NCBI GenBank assembly: GCA_040954595.2
Contig: CM082580.2
Coordinates: 6,455,519 to 6,519,518 of the forward strand
Length of the DNA: 64,000 nucleotides
Reading direction: 5' to 3'
Origin: Balanoglossus misakiensis
Taxonomy: Eukaryota > Animalia > Hemichordata
Shown: positions 63,386 to 64,000 of the stretch, in pieces
Layout: the number at the start of each line of letters is the position of its first letter
Numbering within the stretch: the stretch's first letter is position 1
The notes under the pieces: model-generated
Database searches by the model: none
What the model was told of the DNA's origin: nothing
What the model saw: only the letters and a program-made list of their open reading frames with translations
Translations under genes and position numbers: made by a program

Positions 63386-64000
63386 ATGCTGGCTGCCATC
63401 GCAAGAGCATCGGGCCGCTGTCGGTCAATTTTACAGCTATCGCGATGCCTCCGACCTGGTCGAGAATCCGCAAAACCGCCTTCGCAGTGGCTGAGAGCGA
63501 TATCGACCATACAGCGTTGCGATGATGGCACACACACCGTTGGTAAACAGGCCTACTATGTCCGCAACCTTGCGTCGTACGTCGCCCCACCCAGTGCTAC
63601 TAGCAGCGACGGACCCGTCGCCAAAGGGTCGACGATTTGCACCTCTTCCAAGATGGTTCTCTTGGAATGGAACGACGGCACGGTTTCGAGATACCCCTTC
63701 GTGTGGCTGCGCGATAACTGTCGCTGCACGTCGTGTTATCACCAAGAAACGCAGTGTCGGATCGGCCTAATTGAAAATCTGGACGTGGACATTGAACCGA
63801 GCGACGTTGCATTGTCCGATGGCGGGGCCAGAGTGACCGTCCACTGGCCGGATGACCACCAGTCCCCGTTCGAAACCGGCCTACTGAAGGAGGTGACGTT
63901 CAAAGATGAAGACCAAAAGAAAAACACCCGAATGTGGGGATCAAAACTTAACATGCCTACGTTTCATTATGACGAAATTATGACCGATGACACGGCTTTG
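63386..64000 (+). CDS. BBOX1: Gamma-butyrobetaine dioxygenase-like (BBOX/TMLHE family Fe(II)/2OG oxygenase), 5' part, runs off window
   Basis: Open frame from ATG 63386 to the window end: MLAAIARASGRCRSILQLSRCLRP...LEWNDGTVSRYPFVWLRDNCRCTSCYH...VHWPDDHQSPF...WGSKLNMPTFHYDEIMTDDTAL. It contains the N-terminal Zn-binding WLRDNCxCxxC...H motif. It is missing from the ORF track because no stop lies inside the window. Confidence 0.88.
   Translation, partial: MLAAIARASGRCRSILQLSRCLRPGRESAKPPSQWLRAISTIQRCDDGTHTVGKQAYYVRNLASYVAPPSATSSDGPVAKGSTICTSSKMVLLEWNDGTVSRYPFVWLRDNCRCTSCYHQETQCRIGLIENLDVDIEPSDVALSDGGARVTVHWPDDHQSPFETGLLKEVTFKDEDQKKNTRMWGSKLNMPTFHYDEIMTDDTAL

Overview
AT-rich, intron-containing animal genomic DNA, most consistent with a marine invertebrate (inference from gene content, TACA microsatellites and small MITEs). 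Manual splicing gives seven complete genes and the start of an eighth: FMNL-type formin (+, 801-16107); class I Rab11-FIP (-, 21750-38073); TAF8 (+, 38749-40580); FICD/HYPE AMPylase (-, 43580-45289); DDX51 helicase (+, 45786-51347); a two-domain phosphoethanolamine N-methyltransferase-like gene (-, 51502-56912); a type II membrane C-type lectin (-, 58562-62017); and a gamma-butyrobetaine dioxygenase-like gene that runs off the end (+, 63386-64000). Most entries in the ORF track are spurious. The most interesting points are: an intact PMT-like enzyme whose phosphobase-binding and catalytic motifs look remodelled, close to a BBOX-like gene with a probable mitochondrial presequence; a possible short formin isoform; likely antisense overlap between DDX51 and the PMT-like gene; two GC-AG introns; duplicated lectin neck exons; and several MITE families and hairpins. 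Exon boundaries were read by eye and may be off by a few bases.
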